A DNA stretch of 64,000 nt from Lama glama (lineage: Eukaryota): assembly GCA_028534125.1 (NCBI GenBank), contig CM052816.1, forward strand, positions 42,906,001 through 42,970,000, in the 5' to 3' direction. Each line of letters starts with the position of its first letter. Within the stretch, counting starts at the first letter, position 1. Shown piece by piece: positions 24,539 through 37,444 of the stretch. The notes below the pieces were generated by a model. That model was not told the DNA's origin. It did no database searches and saw only the letters and a program-made list of their open reading frames with translations. The translations under genes were made by a program, and so were the position numbers.

Positions 24539-25006
24539 GACGCTTGATTTCCTGAGTTTATTTTTTGTTGATCTGATCTTTTGGAAAGGGAACAGAAGTG
24601 TAAACAATTTTTTTTCTCTCTCAGAAAGCCAAAGTACCAAGGAAACTTGATCGCATCCTGGTTTTCATGTTTCTGGGGCATCTTTCTGTGGTGGCCCAGC
24701 AGCATTGTGACTGCAGGAAGGACCTGTGATGTCAGTGGGGTTGGCCCTCACATTTTTAAGTCTCTGAGTCCCTGGATCTAGGAGATTTGAGTGTTTTCCT
24801 TAATGCTCATTGTTGAAAAAATCACAAGGTCCTAACTCTTAGTCTCAGTGGGTGCGAAATGGTTATTTTTAAATTGATATTTCACACCCTTCCCCTGGTT
24901 TCACCTTCACAGTTTGATAAGAGACCCGTTTCCATCAAATTAGAAAATGAGATGCTGCCACACTCCTGAATCTTAAGTACGCCGGTTAAGGAAGCTAACT
25001 CGCCTA

Positions 25007-25025
25007 GGCCACTAGGGGGAGCACC
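25007..25025 (+). promoter_or_regulatory. CTCF-type motif upstream of FAM81B exon 1
   Basis: GGCCACTAGGGGGAGCACC versus consensus CCACYAGRKGGCRS, inside a small CpG-retaining patch (24980-25050). Confidence 0.65.
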
Positions 25026-25529
25026 GCAAAGAATGCGGCAATGGCAGGCGAGCTGGATAAGGGCTTCAGAGAAATCAAAATAATTGAACTTCGGCTTTGA
25101 GAGAGTATTTTGTTCAGCTTTGGCTTGTTTCAAAACGATGTGGATTGCTTCAGCTCTGACATGTTTTCCTGAGTTTTAAAATTGGAATTTGCCTATTTTG
25201 CTGATACAACTTGACCCTCATATACAGAAATGATATTATTGGCAGAGTTATTTTTCAAATTATGGTGCTGGGTTTGCCTTCCTCCCAGAACACGCAGGAT
25301 GTTCAGGGCGCTGAATGACAATTTTGGTCCCATAGATAAACAGCACTCATGATTTTTGGCTTCAATGGTATGTCTTTGAGTGTTAAACTAAGCCCTTAAA
25401 GCGTGAAGATAGACTATTTTATGGTTTGCAAGCAGTCTAAAATGCTCAATACACCACTCTAATTGTCATTTTATACTGTGCCAAGTAAGACTGACACACC
25501 AGTGACTGAGGGCAGGTGGTTGTGGGTGC

Positions 25530-25745
25530 TGAGGGAGTTGATTAGAATCCTGACGACTCAACATACTGGCTATTTACTTTGGGCAAAATTACCTCCCCTC
25601 TTCAAGACTCAGTTTTCTCATCTGTAAAGTGGGCTAATAACATCAATCTCATAAGGTGGTTGAGAGGATTCAATGCAACAATACACCTAAAGCACTCTGC
25701 TGAGTGCTATGCTGGGAATCCAGTAAGAAGCAGCTATTATTAGTG
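25530..25745 (+). mobile_element. MIR SINE
   Basis: actttgggcaaaattacctcc...ctcagttttctcatctgtaaagtggg...ggttgagaggattcaatg. Confidence 0.8.
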
Positions 25746-26213
25746 ATTATTTTACAAGGTGGCAATTATCCAAGAAATAGAGTTTGTGTGAGAAGGGAAA
25801 ACTGGATTTGACCTTGCTAAACAACTTCTCATTATTCTTTCTCTCCTTAAATTCAGCTTCTAATCCATAGGATTTGGCTAGGAAATTGGGGTCCAGTGAA
25901 ATGAGAGTCTAATTTGTTATCTAAATGGATGCTTGGTTCTTAAAAGTTGTAATAGTTTTTAATAGAACAGTGCACACAAAATGTATGTACCACTGAATTC
26001 CCACCTCTCTAAGTAAGTATGAAAAATTTTTCGTAGAAGTCAGTAAGCTTCAAATCCAGGGCTACCAAGAGTATAGCCTAAAGCACAGAAGCCAATGTGT
26101 TCAATTTCCATCTTAAAAACTGAAAAATGACCTTATATTCTGATATTATTGTAAATGTAGTCATAAGGGAATAATCTTGAGGTGGTGGTCAGTGAAGTGG
26201 GTCAGTTAGTATT

Positions 26214-26491
26214 CAGGGTCAGCTGAGACAACTGCTATGTTGTTGTGCACTGTACAGCCCTAGGGGGCACCATCCACACAATAACAATGTAGATTTTCAT
26301 ATTTGTTAGGCATAACAAAATTTTCAATTTGTTGCCTGACACATTTTCAGGCATATGTCAAGAAAATATCTTACTCTAATAAGATAAGTATACTAGGGCA
26401 GTTTTCTGACAAGTGGAGGTAAAGGGTCTTGAGGAAAGGGTGCCTATTTCTCACTCACACAAAGAGTGTATATGGGCCAGTGGCAGCCCTG
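26214..26491. mobile_element. hAT-Tip100-type MITE (MER91-like) carrying a CTCF-like motif
   Basis: Inverted termini cagggtcagc...ggcagccctg; internal tgtgcactgtacagccctagggggcaccatccac. Confidence 0.6.
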
Positions 26492-27039
26492 ACTCTGGGT
26501 GTCTGCTGGGTGCTGTGTCCTCAGCTGAACTAGCCTCAACCAGCCCTTGGCCACAGCAGCCAGTAGTTGGCAATGTCCTCAACTTCCTTTTCATTCTATG
26601 TTACCTCACCCTTGTTGTCCCAAGTGCCTTCAGGCAGTCCTTCCTGGAAAGACCTCATTTGGACCTGAGGACCTCTTAGGGCCTCACACTTTTCCTTGGG
26701 CTATTCTCATTTACCTGCTCTAGTCTTCTAGTAACCGCTGATGTTTGTAGTGCTTGATATTTTAGGAGATGCCCTTTATGTTCTACCTCATGACTCTTAG
26801 AGAGGTATGAATATCCTGATTTTACAGATAAAAATACAAGGAGGTTCAGGGAGGTTTCATGACTTACATCAGTAAATTGTGAAACTGACTGACTAGACTC
26901 CAAGTCTTGTGATCATCCCTTGGTCACCATCCTCGTGGGATACATCATACTACACTATGCTAGGGTGTGAGTGTTTGACTTCTATTCTAATGGGGAACTC
27001 AATGCTAAGTGGGTCCTTAATGCTCCCTGGCAATTATAT

Positions 27040-28460
27040 TGCATTTCCTTAGTCTATCACTCTTGTCCACTTCTAGAGTACTCTGATACCTTTTCCTCTG
27101 TTCTCATATTGCCGTAAATTTCTCTCTCATCTTTACTCTCAGCTGATGACTTTTTCTTTCTATTTCGCTATGAAGTGAAATAGAAATAAATAGAAGGGAA
27201 TTTTGATAGCCCACCCACTGCATCTATAGACCTATGTGTATCTGTGTCCGTAAATTGCAACTCCTCGCCTGGTTCAGCAAACGAGCCATCTGTGCCCTCC
27301 CTTGTTTAGGGCCATCTGCCAGCAGTACTTGGGTCCCACTCCCTCTCTCCTATTCCAGGACCCCTCTTCCCTCTACTAGGTAATTTCCATTGGCATCAAG
27401 CATTTTTTTTTCTTTCCTCCACCTTAAAACACATAGACAACCTTCTTTTCATCCTATGTACTCTTCTAGCTACCATTCAATTTTTTTCCTTTTTTGAACA
27501 GGAAAAGATGCTGAAATGTTTCTATTTTGCTTTTTCCAGTTTCTCTCTTTGCTATGGTCTGAATGTTGTCCCCCTCTAAAATTCATATCTTGAAGCCTTA
27601 ACCTCGAATGTGACTATATTTGGAGGTAAGATCTTTAGGAAGTAATTCAGGTTGAATGAAGTCATAGGGTGGGGTCCTAATCTGATAGGATTAGTGGCCT
27701 TACATGAAAAAGAAGTGATCCCAGTCTCCTCTCTCTCTCTACACACACATAATGAGGAAAATATGAGGACACAGTAAGCCAGGAAGAAGGTTCTCACCAG
27801 CAACCAAGTCGGTTGGCACTTTAATTTTGGATGTCCCAGCCTCCAAAACTGAGAAATACGTTTCTGTTGTTTAAGCCACATGGCTGCTAGCATTCTATTA
27901 CAGCAGTGTAAGCAGACTAAGACACTCTTGAATCACTAAAAATCAGGCTTTCTATCCCTTGTACTGTCTATTAAAATTGCTCTTGTCAAGGTCCCCTGTG
28001 ACGTCTCTGTTGCTAAATCCAGTGGTCAAATCTCAGTCCGCATCTCACTTGCCCCGTCAGCAGCATTTGACAGAGTTGAGAGCTGTCTTCTACTTGAAAC
28101 TCGTTCTTTACTTCCCAGGGCTACGAGTCTCCCATAGCTCTGCTATTCCTTTTCATGGGTTTCTCATTCATCTCCTTGACTCTGAGCATCTCAGGTTGCT
28201 CAGAGATTTCCTGGAAGTCCTGTGTCCTGAGAACCCTCAGCCCTGGGCAGACACACACTTCTGTTACTGTGTCTTGCTGTATTTCCCTCTTAGTGTTTAT
28301 ATGTCTAATATGCATTTACTTTTCCTACTAATTGTTTTCCCTGCTAGAATTTAAGCTCCTTGGGGTGGAAATTTTTATTTCTCTTGTTCACTGTTCTGCC
28401 CTGATGGTGAGAATAGTATCTGATACATGGTAATTGCTCAATAAATATGTGTTAAATAAA
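27040..28460 (+). mobile_element. LINE-2 fragment interrupted by an MLT1A LTR
   Basis: L2 phrases tgctcttgtcaaggtc...tgctaaatccagtggtcaaatctcagt; tail gctcaataaatatgtgttaaataaatgaat. Confidence 0.75.
27550..27925 (+). mobile_element. MaLR solo LTR (MLT1A/A0-like)
   Basis: tgctatggtctgaatgttgtccc...cagcctccaaaactgagaaatacgtttctgttgtttaagccac...gactaagaca. Confidence 0.88.
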
Positions 28461-30664
28461 TGAATAAGTGAAGTCCATAAAGATGTGCAGACAAAATTCT
28501 ACAGAGAGGTGCAGAAGCACAGGTGACAGTGGATGAATGTGACATGAATTGTGGAGCTGCTGGCATTTTACCTGAACCTTACAAAAGGCACATACTGGCG
28601 GTCCCTAAGGTCTGAGCGGCAATCATGGTAGTTTGACTCTTCTGTTCCCTCATAACAGCCCTAAGGACAGGCACTTCCAGGGGCTCCTACTGTCCAGGAC
28701 CTTCCACTGACATTTGGAGAGGGGAAAGGCTTCTTTCTCCATCACCAGCTGTTTCTTGTCCTATTCTCTTCCTGTCTGACTTTCGGCCTGCTGTCTATTA
28801 GAAAGGATCCAGTAAATTCAGTATGGCTTTCACGCCCTGTAAGGGACAGTGCCTTGGTCCAGGCATTTCAAATGTGTATATAAAACTCTTAAACTGTAGA
28901 CTCCTAGGCTCCACCCCTGCAGGTTTCAAACAAGCTCATTTTGATCCAGAGATCCAAGGACCACATGCTGAACAACTAAAAGAACAGAATTTCTAAAGAT
29001 GTCATCCCTGGAAACCCATAGGGAACATTCTTTTGGTTGGGGGGCCTCTTTGATGTCTGAAAATTGCTCCTGTATTCCTATAAACAATTATCTGTTTGTC
29101 TACCTACCTGCCTGCCTGTTCCGTCCATCTATCCGTCCATCAGTCCTAGATTGTGTCCATGTGGAGTTACCTGCACTGTAGCAGCGCTGGAGGTGCTTTC
29201 TCCTTTGAAAACAATTTCCTTGGGTCCTAATTACCTTCTGCACCTTCCCCAAGGCCAAACCACATCCTCCCAGCAAGTCTCCCCTCAGGTGCCAAATGGC
29301 AATTTTCTGTCATTCCTACCCCATGTTTAGACCTTGCTATTCCTCCTCCTAGCTGTCAGCCAGGCTCTCTTTTTCCATTTTCTGGTTCCATGTTACCACT
29401 TCTGTCTCCCCCGCCTCTGAACAAACATCTTCTCCCCAAATACCTAATTGAAGCCAAGCTGCTCTGGTGAATTCCCACTGCCCTTAGCTGTGTTTCCTGC
29501 CTCCAACTCCCACTACCCTTTACCTGGCTTTGGCTATTATTACCTAAATCAATTGACTCACCAAATTAAGAAGTGCAATACATTAAAAGATAGTAACTTT
29601 GATAATTTACCATGAAATAAAATGCCAAGTGAAAAAAAAATACACTCTAGGGAAGTGAATTCATCCTTATACGCAGTCTGTCACCTATATTTACCTGTGC
29701 AGAGTCCAAAACAAAATACAACCATTAAAAAAAACCTGACATGGCTGATAATGACAAAGGTTGGTAAGCTAATCACTCAAGGACAGTAGCAATTCGGGTG
29801 GCAAGTAATTGTGTTGCCACCAGATACGGGAACCGTGAGTTTTTGTGGAGGCAATAAAAGCCCATGCTCTTTGTTAAATTAGTTTACAGAATCTCTGTGA
29901 GATTGGAAACAGGAATATTTATTCCAGCTGCTCTAGTGCCATGATTTATTTCCCTCATTTCTCTGCAAAAATCTCTTTTGCTGCATAGAAGTTTCTTCTC
30001 TGCCAGCTGAGTGAGCCTTGTGCATTTAGCCTGCTCTAAAAATCTCAGTTCCACCTCCCTGAGGGTGTCTGCTCGCCAGGTGCTGGCTGGGGATGGGCAG
30101 CCATTCCACTTGCTGCCCCAGTCATCTCCAAGAGCCTATTTTTGTTGTGCAGTAGGACCAGTGCCCCCAACCACCCAGCCTACCACGAGCACCAGCGCCT
30201 CAAGGTGAACAGAAGTATCTGAAGAGCATATAAATAGCTTCTAATCCCACAATCAATGAATGTATTTTTGGCTCTAGACATCCACACATTTAGCCAAATG
30301 GCTCTAGGACAGAATTGAATATCGTATATGTTTGTCTCGTCAGTAGCAAGGGTAATGAAATCCATAAGAGAGAAGTTTTTCTTTGCTCTGGGAATACTTT
30401 TTATGTCCCAGCATTAAAATATATGTGATTCTGTTCTGTACAGAACTTACCTCTGGGGCCCATTCCTTCTGTATGTGCTACCTACCCACATCCCTTGCGG
30501 CCAGGATGCCTAACCTTGTAAGAGTCCGGTGTCCTTCCTTTGCCCTTCTTCTAGCATGGCTATCTTTTTAAAAATTAATGTGAAAATAATTTTGTCCAGC
30601 CCATTTTTTCCCCTAGAAATTTGTGATCAGCTTTTCATAGGTTGAGAAATAATTAGACCAAACG

Positions 30665-30845
30665 ACTGCCTAATGTATATAGAGTTTCCTTTTGGGGTGA
30701 TGAAAATTTTCTGGAACTAGATTGCAGGAATGGTTACTAAACACTGTGAATGTATTAAATAACTACTATAAATGTAACTACACTATAAAATGTATACTTT
30801 AAAATGAAATTTTATGTTATGTGAATTTTAGCTCAATAAAATAAT
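30665..30845 (+). mobile_element. L1MB-like 3' end
   Basis: agagtttcctttggggtgatgaaaattttctggaactaga...ttttatgttatgtgaattttagctcaataaa. Confidence 0.75.
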
Positions 30846-31239
30846 TGTCCTCTTCAAAAAAACAGAAAGAAAGAAATAACTAGACTAAACTGTAACCTAA
30901 GGGGATGGGAAGACATTTACTGAGTGCCTACTATGTGCAGGTCACTGTTTGCATGTGTATTTATAGTTTAGTTAATTCTCACAACAACCCAATGAGTACG
31001 CTATCCCATTTTACAGATACAAGTTGAGGAACTTTCTCAAACTTCTTAAAGTCTGACTTTCTCAAAGTCATGCAGCAGTATGGTTGACTCAGTCAGTGCT
31101 TTTTCTGCCATGCCAAGCTGCTTATTTTTGAAGTCTCTCTGTATCTTCATCCTTTTCTGCCCCCTTCTTCTTTATGGCATGTCTTCTGTCTCTTGCCAGG
31201 CATCTTGTGTTTTATACCTCAAGTTTTCTGCTGAATGCC

Positions 31240-31770
31240 TTCAGTCATTCAATCACTTATTTGTTCATTTATTCTGTCAGTCATATAAGCATTCAAGTAT
31301 GTATTGGGTGATGTCTCAGTTCTCTTTTAGACATACAGCAATGAGTAAAACAGAAAACAAATTTCCTTTGATATTCTAAAAAGCAATGTATAATAAGTAC
31401 CCAGGCATTCAAGATGAAATAGGGTGAGTGCATTTATAGAGGAAGGCAGAGGTGCTGGGCATCCCAGGGGAAGAACACATGGCAGCCTTCTAGGAAGGGG
31501 GCAAGGAAGAGGACTTCTTGGGAGAGGTGACACTGAGGGGAGCCCCAAGGCTCTGTAGAAATTACTCCATACAGTAAGTGAGTGTGTTTCTGCTTGGGGA
31601 ATGCCCATCTCCATGACAAGCAAGGCTGAGTGGAGAAACAAGGTGGGTTAATCATCAGAGATGAGGTTGTACAGGTGAGCAGAGGTTGGACCCTGAAGGC
31701 TCTTGTCTCTTCGTACGCACCTAAGGAGTGTGGAATTTACCCTGCAGGTCAAGACGGAGAGCTGAGCGGT
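31240..31770 (-). mobile_element. LINE-2 fragment
   Basis: cattcaatcacttatttgttcatttattc start followed by a purine-rich reverse-L2 body. Confidence 0.55.
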
Positions 31771-32539
31771 CAAGTAGTGTTGACTGGGTCCTTGAGTCCT
31801 GTGGATGTACTAATATGTTAGAACAAAGCCTGAGAGGTAAAGCCTGATTTAGTAGCGTGAAAATACTTCACGCTGGAGAGGCATGTTTATTCCTGGTGAA
31901 TTTACATGTGATAAATTCTTATGACATTATATTCTAAAATACATGTATGAACTGGCTTGACATGATTAACAATTTAAAGGAAAATATAAACACAGGGGCA
32001 ATTTAAACACTAGTATTAATTTATGAGTCAATTCAAGGTCAGGGACTGGAGAGTGACATTAAAAAAGAGAGGCTTTGTTCTAACATATGTAAACACAGGC
32101 AAATGTATGAATTCTGTAATTCTGTTTCTACTCCACTGTGAAGGAACTTTTTAAAAAGAAATTGACACTGTCAATAATGTGAAAAATAATGAAACCTTTT
32201 TTATATGGAAAACTTTGTAATTTTGTGTGTGTGTCTAAGATTGCCTCTGAATAACATATTTAAGCTATTTGGAAACTTCGGACTCTGATACCACATTATT
32301 GGTAGAGTGTTTCATGGTACATTGTTAGAGAGGTTCTTACTAATTACACAGTGATTTTATTTTTGTGATATGAAAAATTATCCATGTAAATTGATAAACT
32401 GTTCAAAACAAATTAGATAAAAATAAACTGAACAATTATTTTGTAAGAATTGGGGCATCTCTAAAATTATTTTTGTTTTGAATGTTATATTCAGTATCAT
32501 GTATATACATATACATACAATTTTTACATAAGTGCATAA

Positions 32540-33500
32540 ATGGGATATATTACAGAAATACCATAAACAGTAAAACTTCTGAAGATGTGAAAATATATAC
32601 CAAGGTACACAGAAAGGAATTCTTACATAATCATCCCCTCTGAAATTATTACTAAAGTAATTATACACATTTTGATGTGTTTTTAGCCTTTTTTCTATGA
32701 ACATGTACATATATGTGTGTATATATACATGGGTGTCTGTGTATGTGTACATTATATGTATAATTTTATATCCTGACTTTTCCATTTAGTCTTGTTGATA
32801 TGCTATATTTTAACATTTTACCTGTTATTACATATTTTTTAAAAATAGAATTTTAATAATTGGCTAACCATAATTCTGTTTAACTTCTTTCTTATTTTTG
32901 GATATTTAGATTGTGGCCAACTTTTTTGATAAGGGAGATAATAGTGTGATAACATTGTATACAAAATCACTTTCTATACCTCTGATTGTTCTCTAAGGAA
33001 ATAATAATGCAAAGGGTAGGAAGATTTGTGAGGACCTTGATACAAACTGCCAAACTACCCTGAAAAAATAATACTTTTTTGCAAGGCAAATTGAAAACAT
33101 GTAACAAGAGACATAAAATTTCTATACCCAAATGTAGAAATTGTACATCTTGAAATAAATTCTAGGGAACTGCCCCCCAAATAAAGTAAAAGTCATCCAG
33201 ACATACTTATCATAGTGTTAAAATAACTAAAAATTGGTTATTTGTCTTAATTGTCCAACACTAGGGAAATGCTAAGAGTATTCTGGAGGACTTAACTTAT
33301 CACAACCATTAAAAATAATATTTATTAATGATCACTTATGATATGTAAAATGTACACATTACAATCTTAAGTGGAAAATTGGCATACAAAAAAATTGGGA
33401 TACAGTTTCAACTGTATTAAGAAAAATACCGAAAGGAATTTTATCAAAGCTTTTAACAGTTTTGGGGAGGCAAGATTTTGGATAATTTTTTCTTCTTTCT
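32540..33500. mobile_element. Decayed L1ME-like fragments in both orientations
   Basis: ttttggatatttagattgtggccaac...gatacaaactgccaaact (reverse), then gcaaggcaaattgaaaacatgtaacaag...aattgtccaacactaggg (forward). Confidence 0.5.
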
Positions 33501-33539
33501 AGCTTACTATATTTGTCCTATTATTTTTTACTTTATCTT

Positions 33540-33661
33540 TTTTTTTGGTGAAGGTAATTAGGTTTTTACTTATTTATTTATTTTAATGGAGGCACTGGGA
33601 ATTGAACCCAGGACCTTGTGCATGCTAAGCATGCTCTCTACCACTGAGCTATACCTTCCCC
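33540..33661 (-). mobile_element. Camelid tRNA-derived SINE (Vic-1 type)
   Basis: Reverse of gggaaggtatagctcagtggtagagagcatgcttagcatgcacaaggtcctgggttcaattcccagt (Pol III A and B boxes) plus the aaacctaattacc tail. Confidence 0.88.
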
Positions 33662-34879
33662 TCTTTGTATTTTCTTAATATGAGTTGTTTTTATATTTTA
33701 AAAAGAATTAAGACAATTCTTCCTTTGTTGTACAATTGTATTTTCCCCCAGATTTCCTTACCAATGCCAGTTTGGGGGATACAATTTCAGCTGAATTTTC
33801 ATTTTCTAATGGTATGCATCAATTTTTACATTTTGTGAAGTCATACTAGAAATCACAAGTTTCCTGGCTGCAGGCTGCTTCTAAGTGAGCAGGCTGAAAG
33901 TGCCTGCTAACTCCAGAAGCTCTCACAGATTGCACCCCACAGAGATGCGAATGGGGCTCAAGATCCATTCTGGTTGGGTTCCGGACTTGCCCAATTCCCG
34001 CATCTCTTAGAAAGCAGCAGCAGGGAAGTTCTTGTCTGATCTGTGATCGATCCCTAGAGAAGCAGTCAAGGAAGCACTTTCGGAGCAGAATGTTCAGCTT
34101 TAGGCTGAGAAAGCACTTTTCACTCAGATCTCAGACTCAATTTCCATCAGTCAATAATCTGTTTTAGACTTTAGTGTGTGTTTTTTAAGATGAAAGAGAA
34201 AATTATTTGATGTGACATAAAACACGAAATGTTTTGAAGAGGATCTGCTAGGAGACTTTTAACATTTTTGTAAGAAATGAGGTGTCTGTAATTATTTTTA
34301 TTTTTTAAATTCAATTTCTATATATGTACATAGATAATTTTAAAGACATGAATGCGTAATATGATATGTTTTTAAAGTGGTCTTTTTTTTCTTTCCATAT
34401 TGCTTCCTCCTTCCCTCAACCCTCTCAGCCATGTTAATTACCTACCATGTAGTAGTAGGAGGTCTTAATATGTCAAGGACATTAAAACACTTCTTTCCTA
34501 CTCAGATTTTAGGGGGAATGTTAAACTTCAAATATTAGCCAGGTTTAAAAGCTCTGTGGCAACAGCTTCTCATTAGTAGCTAGTCTATGCTAAAACTATA
34601 CTTAGAGAAGTGTTATCTGATTTTATGTTAAGAACTGAAGATCCGAATGTTGTTTCTGGCAAGTGAACAGATTCTTTCTTATGCCATTTCAACTTAAAAA
34701 TATTCAAATAAATGTTCTATAACTTAAAAAAAATCCTTCTTGTGGACATTTGCAGGGAGAGGTACAAGGAAACTTTCTGGAATGATGGAAATTTTCTATA
34801 TCTTGACCATGCTGATAAGTTAGGCGTACAGCATTCATCAAATTGTATTGAACTATATGCTTAAAAAGGGTGCATTAAA

Positions 34880-35035
34880 AAAAATTAAGTTATACTTGAC
34901 ATACATGATTATACTAGTTTAAGGTATATAACATAATGATTTGATATTTTTATACCTGATGAAATAATTACCGCAGTAAGTTCAGTTACCATCTACCACC
35001 ATACAAAGTTGTTACAATATTATTGACTATATTCT
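34880..35035 (-). mobile_element. L1 3' end fragment
   Basis: ttaagttatacttgacatac...catctaccaccatacaaagttgttacaatattattgactatatt. Confidence 0.7.
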
Positions 35036-35157
35036 AAAGTGGGTGCATTTATAGTAGGTAAGCTATACACAAATAATGTTTATAAGACCAAAGCATTTCT
35101 GTTCATTTAAACTCTGAGTTTTTAGAATTTGCCATAAAAACATTGTTGCTTATGGCT

Positions 35158-35895
35158 GTAGTCCTCAGCCCTCCCCCATCTGTGATGACATGTGGATTTC
35201 AAATGATTTATTCATTGGGGCCATTTATGGACAGGGAAGTGATGATGAAGCAAGAGTAGCTCTGCAGGGGACAGGGTGTGGAGTGTGTCCACTGTGCCCT
35301 GGTTTCAGAGAGAGGAGAAAAGCCACTCTGCAGGAAGCCAGTGGGGACGTTTGCTCCTAGTCGGGGAAGAGAATTGGTGGGATGTGTGTGGGAGAGTGAG
35401 AGAGCATCCAGGTGCAGACCATTTAGGGCTTGAGGGGACCCCCTCCTTTGACTACAAAGCTTCAGCTCTTTCTAGATTCAGTAAATCTTCGGGAAGAACA
35501 GTATTTTTATTTTTGGAAACCAGTGAACAGTTAGGGTTTTCTGACTGATTTATACTTGTGGATCAGAGATCTAAACACAGATGTGGGAGCTGGACAGAAG
35601 GGAGGATCATTAAGTAAGCCCTGAAGATTTCACACAACCGAAATTGGGACAAAAATCAAACCTCTGTTGAGGGTCATGATTCCAGTCTTAGGATGAAGCA
35701 AAACCGTGAAAGGCAGAGCAGATGATGAAAATAATATGAGATGCTGGGTCACTTCCTTGAACATTAAGTCAGACATCTTTTGAAAACTTCCCTACTTTAG
35801 ACTTTCAATTTTTATGAACCAACACAATCCTTTATTGTATAAATCACTTAAAAATAGGATTGGCTCTTACTTGCGGTAGAAACATCCTAATTGAT
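35158..35895 (+). mobile_element. Old ERVL/MaLR-type LTR (family uncertain)
   Basis: 3' end atcctttattgtataaatcactt...ctcttacttgcggtagaaacatcctaattgat resembles LTR16/MLT1 termini. Confidence 0.45.
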
Positions 35896-37444
35896 GTAAG
35901 TAATTTAAAAAAGGGTGTTATTACTGTATATGTAAATCATACTCTTTATATCTTAGGTGTACAAATAAGTAAATGACATTTTAATTTTAAAAAGCATTGA
36001 GTAAGCAACTCAAAGGTGTAAAACAGCCCACTGACTTAGTAGTATTTTATTTGAGATGGATACTGAATTACTTGACGTGGAATAGTTTTTAATGTTTTAA
36101 ATATCTTTTATGAAAGGTTAGTTGAACATTAAAAACCATACAGAATTTACTGTATCTTGGCAATGTGTTTAGGTCTCAACTCCAAGTTTAAGTTTATATT
36201 TTCATAGACTTTTTTTAATATACTGATGAAGGATGATAAATCTAGTCTGGGATATACTTAAATTAACTCTCTCTCTGCAAAAGCGAATTTATTTCAGAAT
36301 TACTCACAGTGCCTCATGGGCCTGTGGTGTTTAAGAGATGTGGAACAATTTCCCCAAAGTGCAAACTTAAATCATTTTTCTTGTACCTTTTGTAGTAATT
36401 CAGGTTTTTAAAGCTTTAGGAATGAAATGTTCCAAGTAGCCAAAGAGTTCTTAAGCTGAGAACATAGATCAAATCTTATTGTGTCAAGTAGAGCAATTTA
36501 ATCAGACTATTTGAGCAAAGATTAAGATGTTAGTATAGATGGCTGAGAGTGCAGATTGCAAGTCCTCATGAAAGAGTTTCAGGATATCACTTCTTTTCAT
36601 GTACACCCATCTTCCTTGTCCCTTTGATATTTTCACCTCCAAACAGGAGGAGCAGTCCTGGGAATCTGAACCCAGGTCCATTTTCCTCCAGCACCTTTCA
36701 TTGACCTTTAAGATTCTTTTTCTTGTTGACTGAAGAACCATGACTTGTCCTGTTGGAATCGTGCTATCCAGTACATCCTTGTTACTGCTCCTAGTCCACA
36801 AGCCTTGCCGTAAGGGAGAAAGAAATGGAGAGGGAGAAGTTGACTTGTACGTGCAATTATTTTCTCTATTCAGTATGCACTGTTGAAAGAACACGGATAT
36901 GGTATTTCTGTGTAAATGGGGAAGGGTGGATTCAGGAAGCTGTGAGTCAGCCAGAAGGAACTGTAGCAGACCAGGAAGATTTATAACACAGTTGATCACA
37001 AAAAACAACAGGGTTGAAAGAGCATTAACGTTACTACAGGGAAATGGATGTGCCAGGAGTCCTCAGGGGGCATCTGACTCTGCTGATTCTGTTCAGACTC
37101 AAGGGAGATCAAGTCTCTAGGTGCCTCTCCTAAGCAGAATGAGATGCCATTAAAGCATGAAAATGGGAATAATAGACTAAGGTGGGACATTCTATGACCA
37201 AGACTTGAAGGACTCAGGGATAGAAAGAGGAGGCTTTAGTGGGAGCTGGAGGTGTTGAAGGGGAGGAGAGGTGGGATGGGAAAGGCAGACTCCCCACTAG
37301 GTCACTGTCTTGGCCTGGCTCCAGCTGGTTACTAGCTCCCTAGAGGCAAGAGCTTTCAGGTGAGAATCTCATGAAAGTGGGTTCTGCTACCCTGACTCTC
37401 TGCTCTTGCTAGGAAAGACTGCTCTCAAGGTGGTTTCTTTGAGA

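Larger units (their letters stand above)
1..24700 (-). other. FAM81B: FAM81B gene span (5' part; gene continues past the left edge of the window)
   Basis: Five exons splice in frame to MSSDTDVNKSASLTAEEQPDEPDGPLPGSASDQEKKVTLSPAKMSTKNSTDLVEYVDKGRSFLPAIPHTQRSQLEDRLNNQERTITFLLEQAFRIKEDISACLQGTHGFRKEELLARKLLENHIQTITSIVKKLSQNIEMLEDQIRVRDQVATGTNFAVQDLNTKHLQGVGDLRGRVA(R), recognised as FAM81B. The TSS cannot be determined from sequence. Confidence 0.93.

Noticed and set aside
24404..24640. 78-aa ORF as a complete FAM81B exon 1
   Set aside because: It has a non-ATG start, only ATG AGT TCA G precedes the donor, and the remainder reads into intron 1.
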